Sequence record: NZ_CP040186.1 | Length of the DNA: 64,000 nucleotides | DNA from: a plasmid | Direction: 5' to 3' (one strand) | Shown: one piece after another, positions 21,892 through 32,651 of the stretch | Layout: every line of letters begins with the position of its first letter | How positions within the stretch are numbered: the first letter of the stretch is position 1 | The notes under the pieces: model-generated | Databases searched by the model: none | What the model was told of the DNA's origin: nothing | Seen by the model: only the letters and a program-made list of their open reading frames with translations | Translations under genes and position numbers: made by a program

Positions 21892-22192
21892 GATGCAGGT
21901 GGGACCGTGGTCCCAGGGAGATAACCTGACCGGCGATGCAGGTGGGACCGTGGTCCCAGGCAGATAAGCTGACAGATGACGCAGGTGGGACCGTGGTCCC
22001 AGGCAGATAAGCTGACTGACGACGCAGGTGGGACCATGGTCCCAGGCAGATAAGCTGACAGATGACGCAGGTGGGACCGTGGTCCCAGGGAGATAACCTG
22101 ACCGGCGATACAGGTGGGACCGTGGTCCCAGGCAGATAAGCTGACCGACGATGCAGGTGGGACCGTGGTCCCAGAGAGAATATTCAGGCCAG
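21892..22192. repeat. sopC: SopC-like partition centromere: 7 tandem 43-bp repeats, each with a 16-bp palindrome TGGGACCGTGGTCCCA
   Basis: Direct repeats (GATGCAGGTGGGACCGTGGTCCCAGGCAGATAAGCTGAC...) read in the sequence. The 4th repeat carries the G>A variant TGGGACCATGGTCCCA. Located immediately 3' of the sopB-like gene. Confidence 0.85.
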
Positions 22193-22262
22193 TTATGTTT
22201 TCTGGCCTGTGAGAAAGGAAATGAAGTAAAGGGAGATCACCGTAGACTAATGCGTGTCCGCA

Positions 22263-23234
22263 TCAGACTCCTGGTTTCTCAAGCTCCTTAAGAATGGCTT
22301 CTATTTTCTCTATACACTCCGCAGGAATGCGGGACTTATCCAGGTTAAGCACCATTTTATCGCCCTTATACAATGCTGTTGCCCCTGGAGCAAACTGATG
22401 ACGTGAGCTCAGATTAACTCTTGAGGCGGGAGATTGTTTCAGTACGGATGTTAAAAGACTAATGACCTCTTCAGCTTCAAAGATTAGTCCCGCTTTCTTC
22501 TGATCGTGGAGAGTCTCAGCCTGCTGCTTCAGTAATTCTTCTTTATCTGCAAAAGCCTTCTGAAGGGCTTCACCTGACCGGGCAGACAGTTCTCCAGGAT
22601 GTGCAAACAGGGCAACAACGGATTTAGGCAGTTTGGCCGTATTAATACAGCGGGTAATGATCTTACGTGAAATGTTTTCCGCATCGGCAAGCGCAGAAAT
22701 ATTTCCTGCAAACTCATTCTGCAGCCGGCTTGTATAACGCAGGCCACGTTCATAAGCACTCGTCGGCCGATAATCGTTACCCAGTCGGGACAATGCAGCC
22801 ATCTGCTCATCGTCCAGTTCACCAACCAGAACGCGATAATCACTTTCCGTCAGGATTGCGGCTTTACGGCGACGGCTGCCGTCTGCAATTTCTATGACAT
22901 CAGAAACCCGGCGGCCGAAAGCTGGAGTCTGCTGACCGGTCAGTAAAAATGAAGGAATGAGATCATCCAGAGCATCTTCGGTAAGTAGTTCCTGATCGCG
23001 CTCATTGCCTGACCATACGCGTGAAGCGCTCTCAACAGAGTCTCCCCGGAGCACCTCAAGGGTAAATTTTACTTCCCGTCCACTTACCGGAAGAGAGATT
23101 GCATTACCGCGGGCCATAGCACCCACGCGCGCAATTAATGAATCCACCATCGGCGCGGCCGGCGCCGGTGATGAAGTATCTTCAGTCGATTGAGTATGTG
23201 TGGTATGTCTTGGAATGACAGGAGCACGCTTCAT
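22263..23234 (-). CDS. sopB: ParB/SopB-like centromere-binding partition protein
   Basis: The 323-aa ParB-family protein lies between the parA/sopA-like gene and the sopC-like repeats. Confidence 0.85.
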   Translation of the reverse strand: MKRAPVIPRHTTHTQSTEDTSSPAPAAPMVDSLIARVGAMARGNAISLPVSGREVKFTLEVLRGDSVESASRVWSGNERDQELLTEDALDDLIPSFLLTGQQTPAFGRRVSDVIEIADGSRRRKAAILTESDYRVLVGELDDEQMAALSRLGNDYRPTSAYERGLRYTSRLQNEFAGNISALADAENISRKIITRCINTAKLPKSVVALFAHPGELSARSGEALQKAFADKEELLKQQAETLHDQKKAGLIFEAEEVISLLTSVLKQSPASRVNLSSRHQFAPGATALYKGDKMVLNLDKSRIPAECIEKIEAILKELEKPGV

Positions 23235-24409
23235 TATCTAATCTCCCAGCGTGGTTTAATCAGACGATCAAAAATCTCATTGCAAACAGGCTCCCAGATA
23301 GAGAGGGCATTACGCCAGGCACCGGTTGAAGAACGTTGATCAATAGCCTGTTCAAAAACGGTTCTCATACGGATCTGACCTTTGCCGACTTCATCCGTTT
23401 CGCGCACAACATTTTTAAGGACCATGCTTCCCCAGGCATCCCGAATTTGTTCTTCCATCCACGGGGACTGCGAGCCATTATTATTACTGTATTTGGTAAG
23501 CAGAATACGGACATCTGGCTCGAAGCCTTTAAGATCCACGTTCTTAAGCAGGTCACGAAGCATATCGAAAAACTGCAGTGCGGAGGTGTAGTCGAACAGC
23601 TCTGCCGGAGTAGGGACAATCAGAACATCAGCAGCGCATACAACATTTATCGTACCGATACCAAGGTTGGGTGCGCTGTCGATAACTATCACGTCATAAT
23701 CATGAGCGACAGTTTCAATGGCCAGACGGAGCATCAGGTGCGGGTCAGCAGGTAATTTGCCTTCGTCAAATTTCCCCATCAGCTCGGTTTCAATGCGGTG
23801 CAGTGCCAGACAGGACGGGATGATATCAAGGCCAGGCCAGCAGGTGGGCTTTATAGCGTAGCTGGCGTCATCCTTTTCCCCAAGATAAAAGGGCAGGAGA
23901 GTGTCCTCAGCATGAATATGAAGATCGGGCACCCATCCGTGATACATAGAAGCAGTTCCCTGTGGGTCATTGCCTTCAACAAGCAGAACACGGAGTCCTT
24001 TCAGAGCAAGATCCTGAGCCAGGTGAACGGATACTGAGGTTTTGTAAACACCACCTTTGTGAGCTGCAACGCCAATCACCGGCGGAAACGCATCTTCAGC
24101 ACGGCGCAGTCGTGTACCAAATACATCCCGCATGTGATTGATTTGTTCGATGGTATAACCAACGCGTTGCTCAACTCTCCCACGGGTTTCCATATCAGGG
24201 TGCGGCAGCCGGCCAGCTTTCTCGGCATCCCTGATAGCCTGAGATGACACGCCAACTAAATCTGCCGCTTCACCAATCCTCCAGCGCCGGGTTATTTTCC
24301 GGGCTTCCGGACTGTCATCATTAAACTGTGCAATGGCGATTGCTTTCGTCATTTCATGACCAGCACTTATGCACTGGTTGAGTGTATCCATGAGTCCCAT
24401 ACTGAACAT
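23234..24409 (-). CDS. sopA: ParA/SopA-like partition ATPase (type Ia, with an N-terminal HTH extension)
   Basis: Deviant Walker A KGGVYKTS. The 391-aa length is typical of SopA. Confidence 0.9.
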   Translation of the reverse strand: MFSMGLMDTLNQCISAGHEMTKAIAIAQFNDDSPEARKITRRWRIGEAADLVGVSSQAIRDAEKAGRLPHPDMETRGRVEQRVGYTIEQINHMRDVFGTRLRRAEDAFPPVIGVAAHKGGVYKTSVSVHLAQDLALKGLRVLLVEGNDPQGTASMYHGWVPDLHIHAEDTLLPFYLGEKDDASYAIKPTCWPGLDIIPSCLALHRIETELMGKFDEGKLPADPHLMLRLAIETVAHDYDVIVIDSAPNLGIGTINVVCAADVLIVPTPAELFDYTSALQFFDMLRDLLKNVDLKGFEPDVRILLTKYSNNNGSQSPWMEEQIRDAWGSMVLKNVVRETDEVGKGQIRMRTVFEQAIDQRSSTGAWRNALSIWEPVCNEIFDRLIKPRWEIR

Positions 24410-24547
24410 CCTTTAATCATCACTTTGCATTATTTTATTAAATCTTGGAATTCATTGCAAAGCAACAATAAAATCGCAAAGTACACGAAAAAGTGCAAAG
24501 TGAACCACATTGGGTAATGAAAGAACGCAGGGGATTACAAAAGAGTA

Positions 24548-25118
24548 CATACCGCAGTCAATATTAATCACTGCCGCTCGCCGCAGTAAGCGATCTCACA
24601 CAGTGAGAAAGCGGCGAGGAAGCGGAAAATCACAGAATTCACAGATTGCACGTACGTCGGGTTGCTAAAGATGGCTCGGGATCAGCCAGTAATAATGAAA
24701 TTGACTGCGGTATGTAATATATTGACTATGGTATGATGCTTACCGCATCTGTGTCGAGGAAGAGGAAAGACGACTCAGCATACCGCAGTCAATGTTTCAT
24801 TGTTGTACCTGTAGATCTCAATCTTCCAGAGCGTATTCAGGAAAATAAGGCCAGGGTTCTGGATATCTGGTGTGGCGCTTCCGGGCTTGTATCTGGGTTA
24901 TTCATGGTCTCGATCCAATAATTGATCCCAAGGAGATCATAATGAGATCCAAAAGAGATCCCCGGATCGCTCCAGCATGCGCTGTAACTGGCTTTAACGT
25001 CTGTCTGGATCGACTGTGGAATGTAAAATGTTGACTGTTATATGCATAATCTAATACTGTGATATGCAACGGTATTTACTGAGGTATGTATATCCGTTGA
25101 CTGCGATACGTATTACTA
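24548..25118. repeat. RepFIB-type iterons upstream of repA. About 6 copies of the ~21-bp ATTGACTGCGGTATG(N) motif in both orientations.
   Basis: Read directly: CCGCAGTCAAT at 24548, ATTGACTGCGGTATGTAATAT at 24690, ATTGACTATGGTATGATGC at 24712, ACCGCAGTCAATG at 24784, GTTGACTGTTATATGCATA at 25032, GTTGACTGCGATACGTATT at 25098. Confidence 0.75.
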
Positions 25119-25138
25119 CATCCTTTTGTGGATAACCG

Positions 25139-26161
25139 TTGAGGATCAAGATGACGAGCGAAAATAACAGCTTACTTCTGAACCTTCAGGAGGTTGATAA
25201 GACAACCGGTGAAGTTGTTAAGCTGGATGTCAACAGCACCAGTACCGTGCAGCCAGTAGCGCTCATGAGACTCGGTCTCTTCGTCCCAACTCTGAAATCA
25301 ACAGGGAAGAGCAAGGCGAACCGGAAAAACGTTACAGACGCGACTGAGGAGCTTGTACAGCTGTCCATTGCCAAAAGCGAAGGATACACTGACGTTAAGA
25401 TCACCGGTTCGCGTCTTGATATGGACACGGATTTTAAAGTCTGGCTGGGGATAATTCGCTCCATGTCGGAGTATGGGGTAAAAAGTGACACCCTGGAACT
25501 GTCGTTCGTCGAATTCGTTAAGATGTGCGGATTTGACTCCCGTCGTTCAAACAAAAAAATGCGCGATCGCATCAGTAATTCCCTGTTTAAACTCGCCTCG
25601 GTTACGCTGAAGTTCCAGAGCGAGACCAAAGGATGGACCACCCATCTGGTGCAGTCAGCCTATTATGATATCAACGAGGATATCGTTGAGATCAAGGCTG
25701 AACCTAAGCTGTTTGAGCTTTACCACATGGACAGAAGGGTACTGCTGCGGCTGAAAGCCATTGACGCCCTGCAGCGCAAGGAATCAGCCCAGGCGCTTTA
25801 TACCTACATCGAAAGTCTTCCCCAGAATCCTGCACCTATTTCCATGAAACGGATGCGTGACCGGCTGAATCTCACCTCAAATGTCTATACGCAGAACCAC
25901 ACGGTGCGTAAGGCGATGGAGCAGCTGCGGGATATTGGTTATCTGGATTACACTGAGTTTAAACGTGGCCGAGCCACCTATTTCAGCGTGCATTATCGCA
26001 ACCCCAAACTCATCAGTGGTCCTGTGAAGGTTCCGCGCAAAGAGGAAGAAGAGAAGGCGCCAGAGCAAAATTATGACGAAGTCATTAAGGCGCTGAAGGC
26101 TGCTGGCATCGATCCCCTTAAACTGGCCGAAGCTCTCTCAGCGATGAAGCCAGAAAATTGA
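25139..26161 (+). CDS. repA: RepFIB-family replication initiator RepA (RepB of the F RepFIB replicon)
   Basis: The 340-aa protein is colinear with P307 RepFIB RepA ([19 protein letters not shown]..., [41 protein letters not shown]). Confidence 0.85.
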   Translation: MRIKMTSENNSLLLNLQEVDKTTGEVVKLDVNSTSTVQPVALMRLGLFVPTLKSTGKSKANRKNVTDATEELVQLSIAKSEGYTDVKITGSRLDMDTDFKVWLGIIRSMSEYGVKSDTLELSFVEFVKMCGFDSRRSNKKMRDRISNSLFKLASVTLKFQSETKGWTTHLVQSAYYDINEDIVEIKAEPKLFELYHMDRRVLLRLKAIDALQRKESAQALYTYIESLPQNPAPISMKRMRDRLNLTSNVYTQNHTVRKAMEQLRDIGYLDYTEFKRGRATYFSVHYRNPKLISGPVKVPRKEEEEKAPEQNYDEVIKALKAAGIDPLKLAEALSAMKPEN

Positions 26162-26408
26162 CTGCGATATGCATAACATGACTGCCGGATGCCGCTAAGG
26201 ACATTCCATTGACTGTGATATGCATCACGCATACCGCAGTCAATATGTGTTCTCCATCATGTCTGCCATGATCGAACAATATTGACTGTCATATGTGATT
26301 TCAGGCCGTGATACGCAGATATTGACTACGGTATGCGGGTTTAACGGCGATATTCCCAGGTCTGTGCACTGCTCCACACGTGTTAACATGCCACAGTCAA
26401 TTTTTCAG
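26158..26408. repeat. RepFIB-type iterons downstream of repA (5 copies)
   Basis: ATTGACTGCGATATGCATAAC at 26158, ATTGACTGTGATATGCATCAC with inverted CCGCAGTCAAT at 26206-26247, ATTGACTGTCATATG at 26280, ATTGACTACGGTATGCGGG at 26322, CCACAGTCAAT at 26391. Confidence 0.7.
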
Positions 26409-26858
26409 TAAAGCTCTATACCCCTTACGAAAATCTCAATCGGATGCTGAGACGGTCATGTTACCTGACGGTATCCGTTCCCCTGTGTATTGCAGGTTTA
26501 GCCCGGCAGGATGAGACTGCAGCTGTCTGTATAACCCGGCGCCAGCTTCACACTGCTAAATGCGAACAGGAGACCGATGGCAGAAGGGAGTGAGCCACAG
26601 GGGTGAATGACTTTCGCAATTAACGGGATGATTCACTGAGCTTTCAGGAAACAATACACTGTGGGATGTACGGCCTGTGTCCTGTCTTGTCTGCGGTATG
26701 TCGATGCCTGCAGGCTTGCAGGTCACCGTGCAAGACCACGGCTGTTCAGTCATCCGAATGATGTCCTGGTGTGCTGGAGCAGGGAGGGGCACTGAATGCG
26801 CTCTGCTCCTGTATTTCGTATTAGCGGAATACAGGACGTCATGCCAGGGCCGTCAATC

Positions 26859-27599
26859 TCAGCCGGCCGGGGGCAGGGAGCGAAGGATCTCCGCGGCATC
26901 TCGCCCATCACCGGTAAAGGGAACGGCCAGGGTGGCAGCCATGTCCAGCGCAAATACCCGGGTATAGACTTCCATCGAGCGCGGATCCTTATGCCCGGCC
27001 AGTGCCTGGATGACCTTCCTGGGCTGCCGGTGATAAAGCATGTGCATAATATAGCTGTGACGGAAAGTATGCGGCGTCACGGGGATCGAAAAATGCACGC
27101 CGTCAGCTTCAGCCCGCTTCACCGCCTGTTTCAGCCAGTTGCGCATTGTCTCATCCGTGACCGGCCATAACGGCTCACGCCGGCGGGGGCGGGTGGTGAC
27201 CATCCAGCTTTCCATCTGACGCACAAAACTGGCATCCGTCAGCGGTACCAGACGCACTTCATCTTTTGGCGGCCGGCCACGACGTGCCCGCACTTTTTCC
27301 GACAGCACCCGAACAAAAGGGCGCAGACCATCCAGGTCGAACGATTCCGGGGTGAGCGTCCGGGCTTCACCGATACGGATCCCGGTATTCCACATGGTGG
27401 CGAACAACATGTGGTGACGCTGGTCAGGCATATACCAGAGGAGGGCGCTCACTTCCGGCGCCAGGAGGTAAGCCGGCGTGGCACCTGTTGAGGTGGCCAT
27501 CCGCCGGAGTGCCACCGCGGTCGCAAAATCAACGCCCGGGGCGATCGGCAGCAGGGAGACGCGTTCTGGTGAATTCTGCAAGGGAATGATGCTGTTCAT
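26859..27599 (-). CDS. resD: Tyrosine site-specific recombinase (ResD/Xer-like multimer resolvase)
   Basis: Phage-integrase catalytic signature ...[13 protein letters not shown]...[16 protein letters not shown]. Its position next to RepFIB mirrors F-plasmid resD. Confidence 0.8.
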   Translation of the reverse strand: MNSIIPLQNSPERVSLLPIAPGVDFATAVALRRMATSTGATPAYLLAPEVSALLWYMPDQRHHMLFATMWNTGIRIGEARTLTPESFDLDGLRPFVRVLSEKVRARRGRPPKDEVRLVPLTDASFVRQMESWMVTTRPRRREPLWPVTDETMRNWLKQAVKRAEADGVHFSIPVTPHTFRHSYIMHMLYHRQPRKVIQALAGHKDPRSMEVYTRVFALDMAATLAVPFTGDGRDAAEILRSLPPAG

Positions 27600-27940
27600 G
27601 AGTTATTTTTCACGTAGCGCACGCACTGTTTATGGATACAGGTATTTTGCACCTGACGGGCCGATCCTGCCATGACAATAAATCGCAGCGCGCGGATCCT
27701 TTTGTTGTCTTATCCCGCATTATTGCGGGTAAAACCAAATACGTAAAGGATCCTTTTTCTGCTCAGATCCTCCATGAAGCCAGTAATGACGCGGGTTGAT
27801 GGCTGTTTTACGGTTTTTGGGAGAATTGGGGTAATGCCAGGACAAACAGGATCGAACAAAAAAAGGAAGGGAGCAGGGAAGGGGAGGATGCGCTACGTGA
27901 ATTCTGACCTGGTACACCCCTGTAACCCTGTCAGTTTTCA

Positions 27941-28261
27941 CGCAGCGCAATGTGGTTGCCGACTACTGCCCAGTTGAGATGACGGCCGGCATCCTGATGC
28001 TGACTTAATATACGGATAATAATAATTTCAGTATCAGTCTGCAGAAAATAAAGCATATGTCATTCAACGGGTAGTGCCAATATGTATTCCCCCAGTTCAG
28101 GACGGGGAGTACCGATATTATGAGCACTCCAAAACAAAAAAAAAGCGGAGAGCTGATTAATATATCTGTCGGCCCTCTCCTCACCGAAAATGGTGGTAGC
28201 CGTAATACCAGATATCCTCAAGATCCTGACTGGCTTTAGGTGTGAGTTTAACGTTTTTCAC
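27941..28261 (-). pseudogene. parE: ParE/RelE-superfamily toxin gene disrupted by at least two frameshifts
   Basis: GTG start overlaps the parD stop. VKNVKLTPKASQDLEDIWYYGYHHF then stops. The next frame reads GEERADRYINQLSAF... across an A9 run (28124-28139). A third frame reads HMLYFLQTDTEIIIIRILSQHQDAGRHLNW (ParE C-terminus). Confidence 0.65.
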
Positions 28262-28520
28262 CGGCAGGCTTTGTGCCTGCTTTAACTTTTTTCAGGAACG
28301 TGTCCTTTTCCCACACCACAGGCTCGCCGCTGCTCAGGCCTTCTGCCAGTAAATTCCGCAGGGTCTGGAGACGTGATTCTGCCTGTTTCTCGCGAAGGAG
28401 ACGAAGTGACTCGCGGATCACCTCACTCTGCGTACGATAATCACCTGATTCAATGAGATATTCTATGAAGTCACGGAGTTCGTGTCCGAGATCCACTGTT
28501 ATTGTTCTGGCGATATACAA
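28248..28520 (-). CDS. parD: ParD-family (COG3609) antitoxin, intact
   Basis: The 90-aa RHH-type protein (TITVDLGHELRDFIEYLIESGDYRTQSEVIRESLRLLREKQ). It overlaps the start of the decayed toxin gene. Confidence 0.7.
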   Translation of the reverse strand: MYIARTITVDLGHELRDFIEYLIESGDYRTQSEVIRESLRLLREKQAESRLQTLRNLLAEGLSSGEPVVWEKDTFLKKVKAGTKPAGEKR

Positions 28521-28529
28521 GCCTCACGA

Positions 28530-28550
28530 TTGTAAGTTTAAATCTTACAA
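28530..28550. promoter_or_regulatory. Palindromic candidate operator TTGTAAG-TTTAAAT-CTTACAA just upstream of parD
   Basis: Inverted repeat with 7-bp arms read directly, 10 bp upstream of the parD start. Confidence 0.5.
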
Positions 28551-28744
28551 TCAGTTTGAATGATACTCAAAGGTGCGTCCAGTACTGAATATTTGGGATA
28601 AATGGAGGAATGTCAGGATGTAAGTAACAGAAAAGAGGACGGCTCCTGCTGTCATCCGTCCATCTTCAAAGTAAAGTTTCTTAGTGTGTGTGGGAATAAT
28701 CCTTGTTTCTGGCAAAAAATGTTATAAACCAAAAGATAATATAA

Positions 28745-30417
28745 TTAAGAACACTCAATATCTTCCTCATCATCGCGTTCATAGCGATTTCCAGTAATTA
28801 TTCTTATATCTAGAGCTGAATGGAGCATCTTATGAATTTTCATCAGACTGGCACGTTTGATTTCATTTTTTGTTGTTGGTGTACTGTCTCTGAATGCCCA
28901 TTTGTAAGGTGTCAGGCTACTAATCTTGAAACCTACAATTCCAACTGTATAAAGACAAAGCATTATTTCATTAATGACATCCTGTTCTCTTGATTCTCCT
29001 TCTAAAAATTTGTTTGCTGTAATAGCACATGGATCAGTAGTATTTTGAATGGATAATTCACTTAATACCGCGTCTATAGTGTTTTTTGACATAGATGTTC
29101 TACTAAATTTATCAGGAAGATTTCTCAGTATTTCAATTGTTTCCTCAAAGGAAGGGTATATATCCCCCCATTCTTCTTTTAGAGATCTCAGGCGCTTTAA
29201 GGAATAGACTGCCTCCGCTTTATGAATTGAATCCCATGATATTCTTTCTCTGTTAAGTGCCACATTAAAACACTCATTCACGTATTGTAAAACGTCTCTT
29301 GGTCGAAATAATGTTCTTTCAATTATATATTCAATAGGGGTGATGCCTAAATGCCCCCCCTTTGCTTTTGGAAATATATCTTTAATAGTAACATCTTCTC
29401 GAGTATATTGTCTTTTGTATACCTCTCGCACTCGTTTTTGGACTAATTCGGTTAGTTGTTGAGAGGTCCATTTTATATCAAGTATATATGACTCATATTT
29501 TTCCTCCTGAAAACCAGAGCCTCTTGTAATATTAAATACTGATCGTAAAAGGTCCAGGCGTAAAGCAGCTATTATTTTGATATTTTTAATTTTACGAAAC
29601 ACCTTAATCTCTTCAATTAGCGCTCTTATAAATTTATATCTTGTATCATTTTCCGCCCAGTTATCATCCAGTTGATCAATAATGATGTAATAGTTTTTTT
29701 GTGGGTCATCAAAAGAATATTCAGCAAGCAATGAAAGTATTTCATTAAGTTTTTGAATCTGTAACCTACTGACAACCTCATTTGCTCGTTTCTTAACATC
29801 ATGTATTTGTTCTTCGGTTAGTTTTTTTGCATATTCAGCACTAAGATTTACAGCACTGTATTCTGTGCCAATCGAAGCCTTAGTATCACGTTCCAGTTTG
29901 TATGTTATTTCCCTAAGATGGGTGTCAGTATCTATCCAAAATTTATCTCCCCACTCCCTAAAATACTCAAGGGCTTTTCGTTTTATCTCATCTTTTTTAG
30001 CCTGCTAAGCAAGTTTGAGAAAAAGCTATTCGTATCAGATTCACTCTTAATGTCATGGCGTATTTTTAATAATTCCATAATTAAAATATGTCGCCATAAT
30101 ACTTTATAAAACATATCAAGATTAACATTTAACTCTTCAAAAAATGAAATTATATCTGAATGCTCTAGAAAACCTATTGAAATATCATTAGGGTCAAGTT
30201 TTTTATATTTATGTGCTTTGTTTGCCACCATGTGCAACAAAGCACTTTTTCCTGCGCCTGTTCTTCCTATAACTATAGATGATGTATCAGATGGGTTTAA
30301 TAGTTTAGAAAGATAACCACTATCAATAAAACAGTTTTCCAAGAGAAGTGTGTCTGATTCAGCGTCCAATTCGCCGATTTTAAAATTTTGCCTTATTATT
30401 ATAGGGTTTATGCTCAT
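28745..30417 (-). pseudogene. AT-rich (about 30% GC) P-loop NTPase gene, about 555 codons, split by a frameshift at a T6/A6 run near 29986-29999. Unknown family; candidate defence ATPase.
   Basis: Walker A IVIGRTGAGKSALL (residues about 50-60) and Walker B YYIIIDQLDD (about 250). The frame of the 328-aa ORF (28745-29731) stays open upstream through the 250-bp gap and meets the 144-aa ORF (29983-30417) at a homopolymer. Confidence 0.6.
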
Positions 30418-30639
30418 AATTTCCTCAACGCTATTAATTGGTTTTATTATTACATTATAATTGATTTTTGATAATTGTATTTAAATTGATAGAAATTGCG
30501 ATGGAGATCATAGAATAAAAGTATTGAGTGTTTCAATTTTTATTAATAGTTGCAACTATTAGGATAACTGCTTCTCGCTTGTTCTTTGTCGTCAATATTT
30601 TCAGCTCAATATCATCTCGAACGTTCATGCTTCAGTATG

Positions 30640-30790
30640 GCTTCTGCTATTCGTATTCAGAAACGTGCGTCTCTTCTTCAAGCGGCTCAAACCATTTTTC
30701 TTTAGCGACTTCATTGAACTTCTTACAAATGGTGTAAAGAGTTACGTTAGAAAGAGCATAGTTACGGGAAAACTGACGGGCAAAATTGGC
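30640..30790 (-). pseudogene. Possible remnant of a serine recombinase/invertase C-terminal HTH
   Basis: The translation ...KSANFARQFSRNYALSNVTLYTICKKFNEVAKEK resembles Gin/Hin C-terminal HTH segments. No upstream catalytic domain is present. Confidence 0.2.
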
Positions 30791-30981
30791 ACTCTTGGCC
30801 TATCGCTCAGCGCCTGGTTAATGCGCGCACCAGTGTTCCAGAGCTTCGACAGCAGCATTTTGTGCTAAAGATCCGGGCCGTAGTAAGCTCACTTCCACCG
30901 CCAGCACGGCAGGGTAATCGATGACCACCGGCTACTGAGCAACCGAGACTGTCTGCAGTACGAGTATAATGATTCCAGTTA

Positions 30982-31791
30982 TCAGGATACATCTCTGTCT
31001 GTTGATATGTTCAGCGCTGAAGCAATGATTTCCCGGTTTTCCTCACTACGCCAGTTTCCGAAATAGTCCACCTCCTGGCACAGGGAACGGTGTGCTGCCT
31101 CTATAAGGTCAGACACTCTCTGAAGAGCATTCTGTAGCTGCTGCGCTGATATACCTCTTGGCACATCATGCTCATCCACCCCGTTACGGTGCACAAGGTC
31201 GTTTCGCCAGTCTGCAATAATGTCCAGCGGCTTAACCGGCCAGACGGGCGGAGTATGCAGCACGGCGCTGAAATAGCGCTCAATGGTTTTAACGTTATGA
31301 AACGTCATTCGGGAAACATAATTGCGTGCGGCGGGCCTGAACATATCAAGTTCCATCTCACGCAAAGACTGCTTTTTGTTTTTTTTGACGCGTTCTGAAT
31401 TCAGGTAATATTCATCCCTGAAGCGTTTAAGAGGCCAGTCATGTTCCAGCAGAGCCCTGGCGCAGTACATCAGGTATGCTTCCATGACAGTCACTGCATG
31501 GACGAAAGACATCCTGTACACCAGTTCTGGCTGCTCTCTGTCGAGCAGGGCATGTAGCTTCTGCAGCTCCTGTCTTGCGTGCCGGTGACGCTGATGAACA
31601 TCGTTCAGGGAAACCACGAACAGTCCATGTTCATGATCCCACTGAGCCTGATCAGCAAGCGCCTCCTGCTCCCAGTAATACAGGTTCGCGGCCTCCTCCC
31701 ATGCTTCAGACTCAGGGACAATATCCGGGTAATTTTCCTCAAGCCATTCATTAAATCGTTCCGCTTCAATATCAATCATCATGTCTTTCAT
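30982..31791 (-). CDS. Hypothetical 269-aa protein with a HEPN-like Rx4-6H motif (RNDLVH)
   Basis: C-terminal ...IIADWRNDLVHRNGVDEHD. Mostly alpha-helical composition. Downstream of, and probably co-transcribed with, the 135-aa ORF. Confidence 0.4.
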   Translation of the reverse strand: MKDMMIDIEAERFNEWLEENYPDIVPESEAWEEAANLYYWEQEALADQAQWDHEHGLFVVSLNDVHQRHRHARQELQKLHALLDREQPELVYRMSFVHAVTVMEAYLMYCARALLEHDWPLKRFRDEYYLNSERVKKNKKQSLREMELDMFRPAARNYVSRMTFHNVKTIERYFSAVLHTPPVWPVKPLDIIADWRNDLVHRNGVDEHDVPRGISAQQLQNALQRVSDLIEAAHRSLCQEVDYFGNWRSEENREIIASALNISTDRDVS

Positions 31792-31808
31792 ATGAGAAAT
31801 CCCGCCTT

Positions 31809-32216
31809 CTATTTCTGTTGATCAGCTGCAGCTGCTTTTACGATGGCGTCTATTGCCTTTTCAACCGAAAACGGTCTCAGCTCACCGTTGCTCAGCTGGA
31901 CCTTATAGCAGGGATGTGACACCCAGCGGCCATTCGTAAAACGAGGTTCATTCTGAACCGTAAAATGTTTAATCAGACGACCGTTCAGTTCCCAGCCCGG
32001 ACAACTGTCACAATAGAGGGTGAACAGTTCCTTCAGCTCTTCAAAATAGTCACCTTCTGAAATGATCCCGACAGCTTTCACGTCAGGTCGTTGATCCATG
32101 TAATAGCCGCGGGCTTTCTGTTTTGATGCAAATTCCTTCTGACCAATCTTCACCGGTATTGAACGTCCCATTCTGAACTCCTTTGTGTTTAGCTGACAAA
32201 TAGTCACTCGCCACAA
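31809..32216 (-). CDS. Hypothetical small protein (120-135 aa) upstream of the HEPN-like gene
   Basis: ORF. Contains CDSCPGW and HPCY, a possible zinc-binding site. The true start may be MGRSIPVK at about 32171. Confidence 0.35.
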   Translation of the reverse strand: MWRVTICQLNTKEFRMGRSIPVKIGQKEFASKQKARGYYMDQRPDVKAVGIISEGDYFEELKELFTLYCDSCPGWELNGRLIKHFTVQNEPRFTNGRWVSHPCYKVQLSNGELRPFSVEKAIDAIVKAAAADQQK

Positions 32217-32651
32217 CCAGTTTCACGACATTAACTCTTCTCATCATCATGAAGGATTATTTTCCAAGCCGTGATTATTTCTCACCTGATAACAAGCAGC
32301 CATATAACCACGTAGTTAAATTACCGGGTCCCCGTTTTCACCTGATCCGACTTTCTATAATTTAACGGATTTCCGGAAGTGTACCACGCACACGAAATAA
32401 CCATATCGCCCTTTTATGGTGGTGAGCGGCCGGTCACGGGGCAGGGGAAGGACACAACATATAGCGTCACAGCCAGCTGAGAACACCGCTACATCTTGTG
32501 TTGCCGGGCCGCAGCGCGCCGGAGGCCGGAAAGCAGATCCGGGACTACCGCTAAACCGCAACGGCGAAAAAATGTGGTCCCGTGCGCAAAAGTGCGGTAC
32601 AAATGGCTGTACATTATGTAAAGCCAGATGACTGTACAAAAAGGAAGGAGC

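Noticed and set aside
21892-22192. Tandem 43-bp repeats considered as a possible CRISPR array
   Set aside because: The repeats are contiguous with no spacers, and each contains the SopB-binding-type 16-bp palindrome. They sit directly 3' of sopB. This is a sopC-like centromere, not a CRISPR array.
30807-30992. 61-aa ORF between the NTPase gene and the HEPN-like gene
   Set aside because: It overlaps what looks like a recombinase-HTH remnant in another frame. It has low-complexity sequence and is likely non-coding.
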